The notes below the pieces were generated by a model. That model was not told where the DNA came from and searched no databases. It was given only the letters and a program-made list of their open reading frames with translations. A stretch of 61,024 nt of DNA, counting the filler, from Dugesia japonica (Eukaryota): the NCBI GenBank assembly GCA_001938525.1. It is 6 parts of 6 records of this genome, joined end to end, with 100 filler letters (N's around TTAATTAATTAA, not from the genome) between each part and the next. Parts side by side here need not be neighbours in the genome. Positions count along the whole stretch, not along the records: positions 1 to 10,180 come from MQRL01355294.1; positions 10,281 to 19,615 come from MQRL01619848.1; 4 more parts are not named here. One strand, written 5' to 3'. This document shows, one piece after another, positions 1-12,375 of this stretch (position 1 is the stretch's first letter; each line of letters opens with the position of its first letter). The translations under genes were made by a program, and so were the position numbers.

Positions 1-49
1 GGGGGCTACTGAATGTGTGCGTGGTGCGGTCCGCCACTATCCATCTACT
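1..49 (-). mobile_element. Polinton/Maverick terminal inverted repeat end (contig begins inside the TIR)
   Basis: ...GTGCGTGGTGCGGTCCGCCACTATCCATCTACT matches the ends at 39893 (reverse) and 40902. The reverse complement begins AGTAG, and the 39893 copy lies next to a Polinton ATPase. Confidence 0.7.
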
Positions 50-1533
50 ATTATTTGCGGGCTGAAGTTAATGAGTATATTGAACATTGATGAGACTATT
101 CTTCAACTGTGGGAAAAGTTTCAAGTCTTTTATTATTCATGTTTTTTGGAAATATGCTGCCGTAATTGTGAAGTTTAATATGATTTAATGAGAGTAGTTT
201 TTATAAGGAAATAATTTTAATGTTCACTTTGTAACATTTTCCAACTGGCATACTGACTTCTTCAAACAATCATTGTACTTTGCTAGGACTTTTTCATAAA
301 ACCGCGAGTATCATCAATAATTTTTGTAGTAACTCGCCATTACTTAGGATGGTGATTTATATTTCCAACTGATCTAGTTTTACTAAACTTCTCTACACGT
401 TTGTTGATTGCAGTTCTGTGCGGCACATTATTAATGTAGAGGAAATGAAATACATTTACAAATAAAAGACATACAAAACATATAACATGCAGTATTCGGT
501 GATCGAGAATCAGATAGATTCAGTCAGGAGCAACAATTCAGCGATTTATTTATTTGACAATTTATTTTTGTAATCTGACAATTTATTTCATTTTATTTTA
601 TTTTTTTAATTGTATTTGTAAATAATTTAATGTTAATGGACAATTTATTTCAATGATAAATGAAGACATTTTGTGAAATAAGTTAGCTCCCACCAAGGCC
701 AATAATTAAAGGAAATTGTCCAAATAATAATAAACTGGCAGAAGAAATTAATGTCAGTAAATAATTATTTATTGTAGAAAAATTAATTAATTTAAAATAA
801 AAATAAATTGAAATTGGTCGAAAATTGGTTTTTGGTAATTACCTCTACTCTGCATAATCACAGCAATCTTTGGTAAGAAAATCTGAGAAGAATTGGTGAT
901 GAAGCATTAAGAATTGGGTAATAGAAAATCTTACCACTATCCAGAAGGTTTCCACAGGGATTTGAAGATTTGAAATCTGAAAAAAAAATAAAACAAAGAA
1001 ATGACAATCACATGTAACTCCAAAATAGACACCAATGGCGAATTAGAAAATAGTCAAAAATTTGTAAAAATCCGAGGCTACTCCAATATAATTGAAGAAA
1101 TTATAATTAAAATTAGACAACCAATGGAAACGATACCGAGTTGCATTTAGAAGACTATATAAGCACATGGAAAATTAGTCTAAAAAACAACCAACAACCA
1201 TTTTTTCTTCGATTTAATTACGAGTGTGAAAGACATATTACGCTATAGTATCAGTTTAAAGAAAGAAATAAAAGAAGTAAACTATCGTTATTGGAAAACG
1301 AGTACGAGATCAAAGTAAACTTGAAAAGAAAATTATTTGTGATTAATTACTATATTTAAAAGGAGAACCAAATTAAAATCAATCCATTATTCTCAATTCG
1401 ACATTGCCAATTTGTCAGTATTTAACATGTTGTCAGAATCATAACCCACTCTATAAGTAAGCAATGAGTTTATAATTTTTCTAATAAGAAAATTTTTTTT
1501 TATCGAAACAATTTCATAAATGGTAACTAATAA

Positions 1534-2060
1534 ATGTTCAAAGTGAATGTGTCATTATTATTTTTATAAATATTACGTGCTAAAATCTTTGTTACGACCC
1601 TATTATTCAGTAGCCTAAAAATCTCAGTCTCATAAATAGACATGCTGGTTCTGATCAACGCATTCCAAATTTTCTGCTTTATTGCGACAGCAAAATGAGG
1701 ACATCGTGCCATACATGCCTTTACATCTGTGAATAATTGAATACAGAAACCGGTCGTAAATTTGATAACACAATCTTCGAAATAAAATTTTTATAGGTAT
1801 GTTTACCCGTCTGTTTAGCAATTGTCGTGTTGCATTAACCGTTGCAATGAATGTATGCATCAGTATCAAGCAAAATCGGAGTTACTCAGACTGTCATGCA
1901 TTAATAAGACGTGTATCAAAATGCCGTCGTTGATACACACATGGCTAATTCTCTTGCCCACTTGCATTATCATATTATTATTGTCGATAGGTATGCAGCA
2001 GATTGTTATGTGATAGAAGTTGTGTTGGTTAACTAAGCAACTCTTCAGAGCGGTAAATTA
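1534..2060 (+). pseudogene. Decayed Cys-rich type I membrane protein inside the LTR intron (possibly TNFR-like)
   Basis: Manual translation across stops/frameshifts: hydrophobic N-terminus, YCDSKMRTSCHTCLYICE...VCLPVC...CCINRCNEC, then TM segment WLILLPTCIIILLLSIGM. Confidence 0.35.
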
Positions 2061-2518
2061 AAAATGGAACTAGATATATAATCGTTATTAATTTCGAACA
2101 AATTAACAATTCAATTCACCCTTCTATAACAATTATCACTAGCTGATTCCAACTTTGTTGTTCATCAACCTTAAAGACGACCACAATCGGGTATTTATTA
2201 GTACCGTTAGCAGTGTTATTACGATAAATATTACTATTACAACAAGTGAAACTTTCCTTGCCTAATCCTAAGCTCATATAATTTCTATTAACATTTATTA
2301 ATAGTAATACTATCATCAGTAATGTTTATCATCTTTTGAACCCAAAAGAAGTTATGTTTTTCTATTAGATAATTTTTGTTCAATGAATTGATTTCTTGCA
2401 AGTGATTTAATTTTCAACTAATCCGATCGATAAAATATTCCTCCTACTATACGCTGATTACAATATTATTGACGAAATAGAATAAACCCAATAATAACCC
2501 ACGTCACTGATTTTTATT

Positions 2519-2818
2519 GTGTTTTCGCTAGCTGTACTTAGAATCCAAAAGGGGCAAACTGAAGAGATAATTACTTTTGTTTTAAATGGAGAAAAATGTA
2601 TTTTGATTGCTATATTTATTAGGAAGCCAAGTGGGATGCCCTATCGATTATTAAAAATGCTAAGATTTATTCAAGCCGAAAGGCGTAAAATTCGGAGGAA
2701 GCAGCTTTTAGCACATATCCTTTCTAATGGCATAATTAAACATCCCGACGAAACAGACCTCAGGTGTTTCGCCGAGATGTTCTCGCTACCTTCAAAGGTG
2801 GACATCGATGAGAAGTGA
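2519..2818 (+). CDS. LTR-borne accessory ORF, unknown function (inside the 1523-bp intron)
   Basis: 99-aa open frame, more GC-rich than its flanks. No family recognised. Confidence 0.35.
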   Translation: MFSLAVLRIQKGQTEEIITFVLNGEKCILIAIFIRKPSGMPYRLLKMLRFIQAERRKIRRKQLLAHILSNGIIKHPDETDLRCFAEMFSLPSKVDIDEK

Positions 2819-2980
2819 CAATCGTTTTATCAACGCATTTTGTTTTATTTGTATGAGAATATTAATCTAGATAGATAACTAGTTGTAATTATTTTCACTC
2901 CTATTCCTATTTAATCTATAAATATCATTATTAATAACATAAATTAAACCAAGAAAAAAATTATGTTTATTATTTGCAGA

Positions 2981-3481
2981 ATGGAATATCTTTGGGAAAC
3001 GCTGTTCGATCGTCGAACGAATAGGGTAATTTATAAACGGTATTAGAATCCTCATGATCGTAATGCAGGGGTCCTTACCTATTACTCCAACATGGCTTCC
3101 ATCGACGCGGAAAATGAAAGAGAACAGGCTGCGTCCGAACGCCAAGCCTTTTACGAATGGAGAGGTCCCGACCGAACCCGCGAGGTCACCCATCCGTAAA
3201 CCAGGCGGGTTACGAGCGTGTGGCGTGACAGGCCTGAATTTATCCCTGTATCGGCCGCACACGTGCCACCACGCATGAGATTGAGTAAAGAGATAAGCAA
3301 TACTCTTTGGTACTTGCGGAATAGTGCAAGTGGTGGGTTGGCGGAGAATAATGCTCTTTATTTAGTCGACGAAAATCCATAGTTTCAAATAGACTCTTGT
3401 TCTATTATTGATAATAAATTCTGTGTAAAAATAAACTTAGTTACGTTCTTTTTAAATCTGTTGTTGACGGGAATATTATAA
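2981..3481 (+). pseudogene. LTR accessory ORF A (~170 aa, MEYLWETLFDR...)
   Basis: ATG just after the TTTGCAG acceptor. The same frame is present at 41822-42340, with stops at different positions in the two copies. Confidence 0.6.
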
Positions 3482-3565
3482 ATAATCAAATAAGAATAGA
3501 AATTTTTGAGGATTTTAATGTTTTAGTTTGAAGGTATTTTAACAGTCATAATATCTATATTCCAG

Positions 3566-3926
3566 TGCACTCATCGTTAAATAGACTCTACCAGACTCTA
3601 CCAAGAAAATAAGGGAATTCAGTGAAGACATTGAGATGTCTTGGGAGCTGCACCGATTACCTATACGGCGATTTGAGACAGAGATGGCCACTGCTAATGC
3701 CAAAGTGAAGCGATACCGGGCCAAATGTGTCCACATCCGCAAGGAAATTGAGGCTTCGCACGCTCAAGAGAGAGTTTGGAAGTCGCAGGTGGAATCCTTC
3801 GCAGAAATGACCCGTTTCAACCATGACCGAGAAAATAAACTGGTCAATGACATCTTACTCCTCAAAGAAAAAATGCCTTAAGAGCCTCTCATGATTGATA
3901 AAGGTACCCAAACGACACGTCCATAA
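3566..3926 (+). pseudogene. LTR accessory ORF B, coiled-coil protein ending in DKGTQT
   Basis: RRFETEMATANAKVKRYRAKCVHIRKEIEASHAQERVWK... is conserved at 42426-42785. Preceded by a TTCCAG acceptor. Confidence 0.6.
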
Positions 3927-4094
3927 TTCAGGTTGTTATATCCCATTTTCATAAATAAATATCGTTCAGGTATTGAGAGTTGTCTCTGTTTACTAATCTT
4001 CTTCTAGTTTTGTTATAATGATAAATATTGGATATTAATCCTTACATAGTATATAATGATGATAATTTCTCTTTAAAAGTCACTCCATCATATT

Positions 4095-4342
4095 CTCAGA
4101 GGAATAAGCTGATTAAGAAATTAGACATAAAAGTCAAAAAGCAAAACGACATACCCGAGCCGGCAAAACAACTCCTGCAACACAAGGTCAAATTTTTGAA
4201 ATGGTATATTGCCGACCTGTCCCCCCAGTTAGGCAATGAATTGTATCTCAACTGGGTTGATCAGGATGACCATTTAGTATTCGATTTCATACCCGAAGAG
4301 CGTACCCAGTGGTTAGACCCGGGAGCTCTAGATGAAATATAG
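4095..4342 (+). pseudogene. LTR accessory ORF C (C-terminal part)
   Basis: QRNKLIKKLDI...AKQLLQHKV.FLK.YIA is shared with 42952-43305. Confidence 0.55.
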
Positions 4343-6264
4343 GATAGAAACAATACAAGTTATTAGCAATCTGTGTTTATTTTTCGATACTTTAAAATAA
4401 TAAGGAAATAGCTACTGACCCGAACCAAAGGTGTACGAGTGTGAACTTCGCATGAAGTTGAAGGTCAACTGCTCTACACTCAATATCTAATTTGGGGACA
4501 TTAGATCTAGATTCTTGTCTGGTACACCTGATGGCTGTTTTTCCCAGACCAGTTTTTCTCTCCATTATCAGCTCAGGAGAAACCCTAACATTAATAATCT
4601 TTTGTTTAAATTGTTCAATTTCTTTTGACCCTCAGGGCTTGAAAAATGATATAAATATTTGTATATATAATGTCACTAAGTGTATTAATTAAAATTAATT
4701 AATCCAATTATCAAAATAATAAATAGGCTAAAATCATAATGAAAATTATTTTATGAATTCTTATCATAAATTATCTGAATGTAGCTAATTGAGAACACAA
4801 CAAAGTTTACAAAATGTTATTAAAGATGAAACAGTCTAGATAACAAAAGAAATAAATTGAATGAATCAAGAAAGGAATTAGAAATAATGGGCTCGTGAAC
4901 AAAAATCAATAAAAGAGTCAACCAAAAGGAGATAGTAATCAAATAAATATTACCAAATTATCAATGAATTAATTAAAAATGATTTAATAAATCCTCAAAT
5001 TAAAACTAGAACGAGAAAATGAAAATGAAGAGGTGATTGATATTAAAGGAATCGTATATATTCTTTAAAGAAATAATTATTTCAAATGAAATAAAAGGCT
5101 CATAAATAAAGTCGAATCGATAATAATAACAAACAGAGTTTCAAGAAGTAATTATTAGAATAAACAACCAATTAAATAAATATTGTGTAAAGAAATAATG
5201 ATCAATTAGCAAAAAGAGATCAAATAAAGCCATCAAAAATATGAACAATAAAAGGGACCAAAACAAAAGCTTAATAAATAAAAAAAATTTGTACTAAAAG
5301 AATTAAATGAAAATATTTGAAAAAAAGAATATTTGATCATTGAAATAAAATGATAAAAGAGGAGAGTAAATTGATAATTGAGATATGACGATACTCAATA
5401 AAGTAACAATAATTAACGGTAAATATCAGAAACTTAAATGTGCCTCGCTCAATAAAAAGAAAGTTCGAATTAATAATAATTAAATAATAACTGAATGAAA
5501 TAAATTATACCAGAAAATGGTGAGAAATAATAAACTAAGTAAAAACGAAACTGGAATTGGAATATTTTAAATATTTTTATGTATAATTTATATAAATGCT
5601 ATACCAGCAGAAATATAATGAAATAAGTATTATAATGTAATAGAATAATAAAGTAGAATTAAAACAAAAGTATTATATTAAAATATTGTAATAAAATAAA
5701 GAGAAATGATCAAACTTAAATATGGAATAAATCATTATTATTATTATAATTAATCAAGAAATTATTAAAATCGTTATTATTCAATTANGAAAATCAAATT
5801 ATTATAAGTATGTATTAAAATAAGAAGAATGTAACATTATTATTATTTTGTGATAAATATTATTAATTTTATTATATTCAATAAATATTTTTTATTTATG
5901 AAGAAAAAAATGGAATTATGAGGCCAGAGTTATATGTAATGAAAGATAATAAAAAGTTCAATTAAGATATTAAATTATTTATACTTGTTTATGTAAAGTA
6001 GTAAGACATGTCAGCATGACCGCATTCCCCCCGGAGAGAAATTTTTTTTCGATTTTTTATTTTTTTCTGATTTTTTTTTGAATTTTTTTTTATTTTTGAT
6101 TTTTTTAAGGTCATCAATTTTTTTGTTAGCGTCAGTCAAGGTAATGCGTAGAACTACTGAATAGAGAATTAAAAAATAACAGGAATGTGTAATGAACTTA
6201 TATCGTAAAATAACTCTTTCCCCATTAAAAAGCATTGAAATAATTAATTTGATTACGTAATCAA

Positions 6265-9200
6265 TTTTCAAAAGGTTTCCACAGTTTTTTGTTCGTATTG
6301 TCTAGAATTCTTATCGAATAGCCACCAATTTGATAACCTTAGACGCGCAAAGTAAAGCCACATAATGTTTTTTATTTAAAGGTTTAACCGGGTGGACCAT
6401 TTAAAGGTTATTAAAGATTTTAATTAAAGAATACTACTATTTTGAAAGATATCGACTCAAAATTTTTACAAATCTTTCTAAAATTAAATACTACCTATAC
6501 ATTACCTTAATTACCTGTATTGAAAAATGCTTCAATTCACCACAAAAGTTATGTCAGCATGACCACACCCCCCTGATGAGGTATGATTACAACAAAAGTT
6601 TCGGCATAGATAGAGAAAAATAAAGTAAGATAGGATAAACTTGTATCCTATAATTTATCTTTCCCTGTTAAAATGATATTTGAAAATTTAATTATTTTGA
6701 TTACGTAGTTTACGAATACGTAATAATTAAAATGATTACGTAATTAATTTTCAAAAATTTTGCAGTTTTTTTGTTCGTATTGACTACAATTTTTATCGGA
6801 TTTCGATATGGATTCATTAAAAATCATACGTTTCTTTATGCTTAATTTGATAAAATTATTCGATCTTAATCCTCCAACTGTGGGAAATCAGCTTTATGAA
6901 GAAGATTCAATAAAAGTAGCAAATGGTTTAAACATTGACTAACAAAATAAAAGTCCAGATCAAATAAACAAAATCAGGCTTGATGTACAATTACAATCTC
7001 TATCTTTCGCGTTTGGGAAAGAACACAAATGTCAGATTGAAAGAAAAACAAAAACTGATGGTAATACTATAATTTTTATTAAACAATATTTAATTTAAAT
7101 ATTTAGAATTAATTTGTCATAAAAAATATTCCAAGTATCGCAGAATATCTTATGACTAAAATGAAATTTGACGTTTAAATTTTATTTAATAAATTTTGTT
7201 TAATAAATGTTGTTTTTATTATAGTTATTTTATATAACATTAATTATACATATGCAATTTATTATTACCTTGATTAGTTGATTTAAGTATTTCTCGATTT
7301 TGGTCTGAATAATTGATTTCCACCATTTCTATTAAGTCGTCTATAATTGAATCTAAATTCATCATTATTAATAATAAAAGGAAAAAATTTAATTTTGTTT
7401 ATAACTAATATGTTACTTTATTGCATCGTCTTTGTTGAATTTGACTACGTATTGTCTTTGTTTATTTTGTCTTTGAACTGTATTTCTTTGTTAATCTTGC
7501 GTCTGAATACTTCTTTGTTAATAATGCATTTGTGTTGCATTTCCTTGTTCCATCAATCAATCAATAATTTTGATCCTAAAGAGGACCGGTATACGTTCTC
7601 ATATAAATTTTGTTTTTCATCCGTTCTATATTGTATTTGACTATAAAATTGATAATAAACTAAAAATAAATAAATTACATTAACAAAGTAATTAATATTT
7701 ATAAACTAAATAATGATAATAATACCAATTTTATTCCGTTTCTTATCAGTTTGATTAATCTGGAGTCAGCAATCCCGATACTTTCTTTTTCTCACGGAAA
7801 TAACAATCATTGTTTGGTCCTATAGAGTACCGATATACATTCTCATATGAAAACGTAATTACAATCACAAAATTTGGTCCTAAAAAGGATCGATATACAT
7901 TGTCATATTGGAGAGTTTACTTTTCTATTAATCGAGTTAATTTTGGTTCCATTGTTCTTGACACTTTGTATTTCCACCTGAATCATATATTGTTGGGATT
8001 TTTGGAATACAATCGATTTTTATTCACTGTAATTGATGAAAAATGTATCCTTTATTGTAACCGTTTGTTCAATTCTTTGGAATAATATATTCAAAGTATT
8101 CATGTCTTTGGAACCAATATATCAGATATCAACACACTATACGTAGATTGTTGTATCTTCACAGGTTTCTAAGTGAAAATATTAAATAATAAAATAAATA
8201 AATACAATTACTCAAAACATATATACTATTGATTTCTTGAGGAATTTCATTGAGATTCCGTAGGCTTTCCGTAATCCACAGCGATGGTCCTATCATTATC
8301 TTTTGTTAACTCAATAATTTCTTTCCTATTTAAATAATGAAAATTCATTAAAGTTTTTTGCTTTTATACTCAGTGTTGATAATTATTTAATGTATAATTT
8401 GTATGTATTGAAATTGTATGTATTGAGTATGTTGAAATTGTGTTACTCAGATTATTATCATGTTTTGATTGGCATTTCTTTGTTAAAAGAATTTAAGTAC
8501 AATTTAAATGCAAAACCACTGCAAGTTAAACAAAGCATTACCAAATTTTTGATTTGTTGAATTTAATAAGTCAGGCTGTGTTACATAAAATTGGTATATA
8601 AAGCAATTCATTTCTTAAATAAATACCATTTGAAAATGATTTTAAAAAATGTAGATGAAATAACTGAACAAGGTAAAGTTTTATTATTAATATTATAGTT
8701 AATATTTATTTTCAGGTCTTGCAAGAAGAATAATAAATGAAATGAATCCAGAATGCGAAAGAAAATCAAAACTTTTGGAAGAAGACAAATATTGAGAATG
8801 CGTTTTAGAAAAAGAATTGATCGATATTAAGGAGGTCTTATACTTTTTGGAAAACGAATTCAAAATAGCAAACCTATGTGAAAACGATCCGTGTCCATAC
8901 TAAATAATGGAGAAAATTATTTGGGAAAGATTTCCATGATTTCGCATGTGGTTATAAATTATAGTTTGTTATTAAATAAATGTTAATTTAAAAAGACTTT
9001 ATCTTTTTCTTTATTAGTTAATAATTTTTTGCTGACTAAATTTTATTGAAACAAACTTCTTTTTGATACTAATAATTTATGTAATATTTAAGTAGTTTTT
9101 ATTTCTTTATCAAATTCTACAAGAATAAAATTTTAAAAATTAAAAATGGCGGCATTTATCTAGTTTTTAAAATTTCTTTGTTTAATAACTTGTTATGATG

Positions 9201-9740
9201 ATGTGACATAAAAACATTTTATATACTACATTTACCGTCATTTAATTGCGCGTCGTTTAAAATAACGTTTGGCGCAATATCATGTTTTTACTTGATCCTA
9301 TTTTGATAGAACAAAATTCCTTTGTTTCCATTTTTCGACCAGAAGGAATAATTTTAGGATAAAAGTTCATAAGACATTCCTATAAGATATTCTTATCTTA
9401 CATTTTAATTCTACATCTAACCATATCATAATCAGTTGTCATGGGGGCTGGTGCTGTCATGCTGACATACCTTTTGTGGCGAATTGAAGCATTTTTCGAT
9501 AGAGGTACTTTAAGTAATGTATAGGTAATTTTTAATTTTAGGAAGATTGGTAAAACCTTTGATTTGATATCTATCAAAAGAGTGGTGTTTTTAATTTAAA
9601 TCTTTAATAATCTTTGAAGTGTTTGCCCAACAAAAATTTAAGTAAAGGACATGGCGCGTCTAATAATATAAAATTTGCGACTATCCGATAAGAATTGTAA
9701 ATAATACAAATAAATAACTGCAAAATCTTTGAAATTTTTT
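6265..9740. mobile_element. Element bounded by ~300-bp diverged inverted repeats, containing decayed gene fragments
   Basis: 6265-6580 is an inverted match to 9435-9740 (e.g. TGCTTCAATTCACCACAAAAGTTATGTCAGCATGAC vs GTCATGCTGACATACCTTTTGTGGCGAATTGAAGCA). An extra GTCAGCATGACC copy lies at 6010. Confidence 0.5.
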
Positions 9741-10180
9741 CGTCTCCCGGGTTCAAACCCTTATAAAAATGTTTTTTTCTTCAGATATAAAATTGAAGTA
9801 CCATAATTATGGATATTTTTGCTGCTGTGCATAAATAAGTTTGAAGCTAGTCCGTTATAACTTTTCTATACAGCTTATATTTATAGATTTCCACCCATAT
9901 CAATTTTTATTTAAGAGTGAGTTTACATCAGGTGCCATATTACATTTTTTAAAATCATTTTTAAGACAATAAATTTGTAAAAAAATGTTTTATAATAAGG
10001 TTTGAACCACTCACTCCCCCCCCACCCCAAAAAAGGTAAATGTTACCAGTTTTTCAAATATTTCTTATAATGTTATATTATAAATCGATTTAAGAAAAGT
10101 TATGTTTTATATAAAATATTGACATAAAACAAGTTAAGACATATATTATTATTAAAATAATTAATGTGAACAATGTGCCT

Positions 10181-10280
10181 NNNNNNNNNNNNNNNNNNNN
10201 NNNNNNNNNNNNNNNNNNNNNNNNTTAATTAATTAANNNNNNNNNNNNNNNNNNNNNNNNNNNNNNNNNNNNNNNNNNNN
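10181..10280. other. Artificial contig linker (N44-TTAATTAATTAA-N44)
   Basis: Six-frame stop spacer. Identical linkers at 19616-19715, 29024-29123, 40729-40828 and 52573-52672. Confidence 0.95.
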
Positions 10281-11099
10281 ATTATAATAATGATTATCAG
10301 TATCGCCACCATTATTATTTAATAATGTTATTATAATTATTATTGAGATTTTTTTCGTCAATATCATTACGAATATTATCAAAATTATTATTATTGTTAC
10401 TATTGCTGTTCTCATGGTTATAAAAATTCTTACTATTATTGTGGTGTTCCTTATTATCGTTATTACCTCTTTATATTACAATAAAATTCCCTTGTAAAGA
10501 ACACCTACTACAAAAGGTACAAAAAATGAAAATAAGCCGCGTTTATTTTATTCTTAAGGGGTATTGACTCTTTATTCACGGTAAATCGATATAAAGTATA
10601 CAATTTTATTTATAAATAGGATGTACTTTATATGGAGATTTTACTGCATCTCAATCATTATTGTAACTATTGTTGATGAAATATGATTGATATTAGTAAT
10701 AATTGTTGATCCCATTAAGATAATCCTTATCATTATAAACATCTCGATCTCTGTTTCTCATTATAATGATTTAATAACACGTGCGGTTGAATCTCATATA
10801 GATACGTTCTTTTCGTTGTTACAAAATATCCTCCAGGCTCCTCGAAATTACTAATGTATTTACATTAGATCATGCCAAATATTACACAAGTTTTTATGCT
10901 GATTCGACATGCTCGGATATTGGCTAGGTGTACTGTTGTCCAGTACGAGATGTCCACCCTGGATTCGCAAACGATTAGTATTTGACGCTTTTTAATATTC
11001 AATATTCTATTAATAAACTTTATGGATCATATTTTAAAATTGTTCCCAAACATGTTTAAAATATAAGCCTAAAATTTGACTCGAACAAATATAAGTTAA

Positions 11100-11640
11100 A
11101 GAAATGAAACTATTTCTTTTATTTCCTCAAAGAATTTCTCCAATGGATCTCCAATGACATTGTTACGCCACATAAATTCATAAAGATAACCTTGTAAATA
11201 TTATTTTCTAATTCCTCACATTTTTTTACAAAGGGATTTCTGTTTATTCTCATATGATTTGACATCCTGGGTATGAGCTCCAATTTGAGGTTTAATAAAG
11301 TCCATTTTATGATTAACTGTCAGTTGTTAATCTCCCAGAGTAGCAAGATAACAATAAGTTCTCCACTCATCACTAGCGATAATGCTACCTGGACGCACTA
11401 TCTGAGTAATTATTGACAATAAATTATCAGCTTTTCTATCAGTTACCACCTGCATAAATTCTTTAGCTGAAACATAATAATATCAAATACCCAAATTTGA
11501 GAATCTGAAACTCTACCTCGATAATAATTTTGCTTATGGCAAAATATGCTGCTGGGTGACTGATCTCCGGTCTTAAAAGTCAATTCCTGAAGAAGACTAA
11601 GTCGAAATATCGAATTGCTATCAACTACCAAATTATAAAA
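11100..11640 (-). mobile_element. Merlin (ISXO2/IS1595-like DDE) transposase relic
   Basis: KQNYYRGRV..QIWVFDI, IVRPGSIIASDEWRTY, TVNH..F..P..GAHTQ, LQGYLYEFMWR, with stops and frameshifts. Confidence 0.8.
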
Positions 11641-11750
11641 NNNNNNNNNNNNNNNNNNNNNNNNNNNNNNNNNNNNNNNNNNNNNNNNNNNNNNNNNNNN
11701 NNNNNNNNNNNNNNNNNNNNNNNNNNNNNNNNNNNNNNNNNNNNNNNNNN

Positions 11751-11800
<50 letters not shown>

Positions 11801-12099
11801 GGGAACAATAATGGAAGATTGTTGCAAAACCTATTGTTGCTATTTGTGTTCAATATGCCAATTAAAACGTGACATGGATTATGTCAAAGACACTAACGGA
11901 ACACTGAATTAATTATAAAGTGATATAGTCATCCTCGTTAATTACAAAAGTATATTATTATAAGTATATTCCACTATATTATGTAGATTTACTGATTAAT
12001 TTTGCCTAAATAAAATTGATTGTTTGAGTTTCCAAAATTTGGTTAAAAATCAACCAATAAATAAATAATTTCTAAACTTATATTTCATATAGAAGGCGC

Positions 12100-12375
12100 G
12101 CGTGATAAATTAGCAAAATTTGACTTTCGCAAAGTTTTCTTTTGGCTGCTGTGTCATAAATTAGTCTCTACTTAGAACATACGATCTGTATTTTATATCT
12201 TCAGCAATAATTTTACAATTATTTTTATCAGTCATCTTCAATTTTCTTGTTATGGAGCGCATTGAATTTTTTTTAATTTTCATTGATAAGTTCCTGGATT
12301 ACGTTTACGATATATGGACTTAGCTATCTTCACGTACCTTGTGTTTCCTTGCTCCTGTAAAATGGTGTTTCATTG
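12100..12375 (-). mobile_element. Tc1/mariner transposase N-terminal relic
   Basis: Reverse translation MRSITRKLKM...IIAEDIKYRSYVLSRD*FMTQ resembles the HTH-linker region of Tc1/mariner transposases. Confidence 0.5.

Larger units (their letters stand above)
660..4590 (+). mobile_element. 5'-truncated giant Gypsy LTR (unspliced form, >3.9 kb) carrying accessory ORFs
   Basis: Colinear with solo LTR 41274-43556 and with the 3' LTR at 39040-39295. Ends GAAACCCTAACA at 4590. No PBS follows. Confidence 0.8.

Noticed and set aside
1041-1293. Second segment missing from the solo LTR, considered as another intron
   Set aside because: Boundaries are not GT-AG. It looks like an ordinary deletion.
2879-3278. 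ORF-track frames 2879-3262 (-) and 3054-3278 (+)
   Set aside because: Shadow frames. The frame conserved between the two LTR copies is the one starting at 2981.
10225-10236. TTAATTAATTAA palindrome recurring five times
   Set aside because: Always centred in 44+44 Ns, so it is an artificial six-frame-stop linker and not biology.
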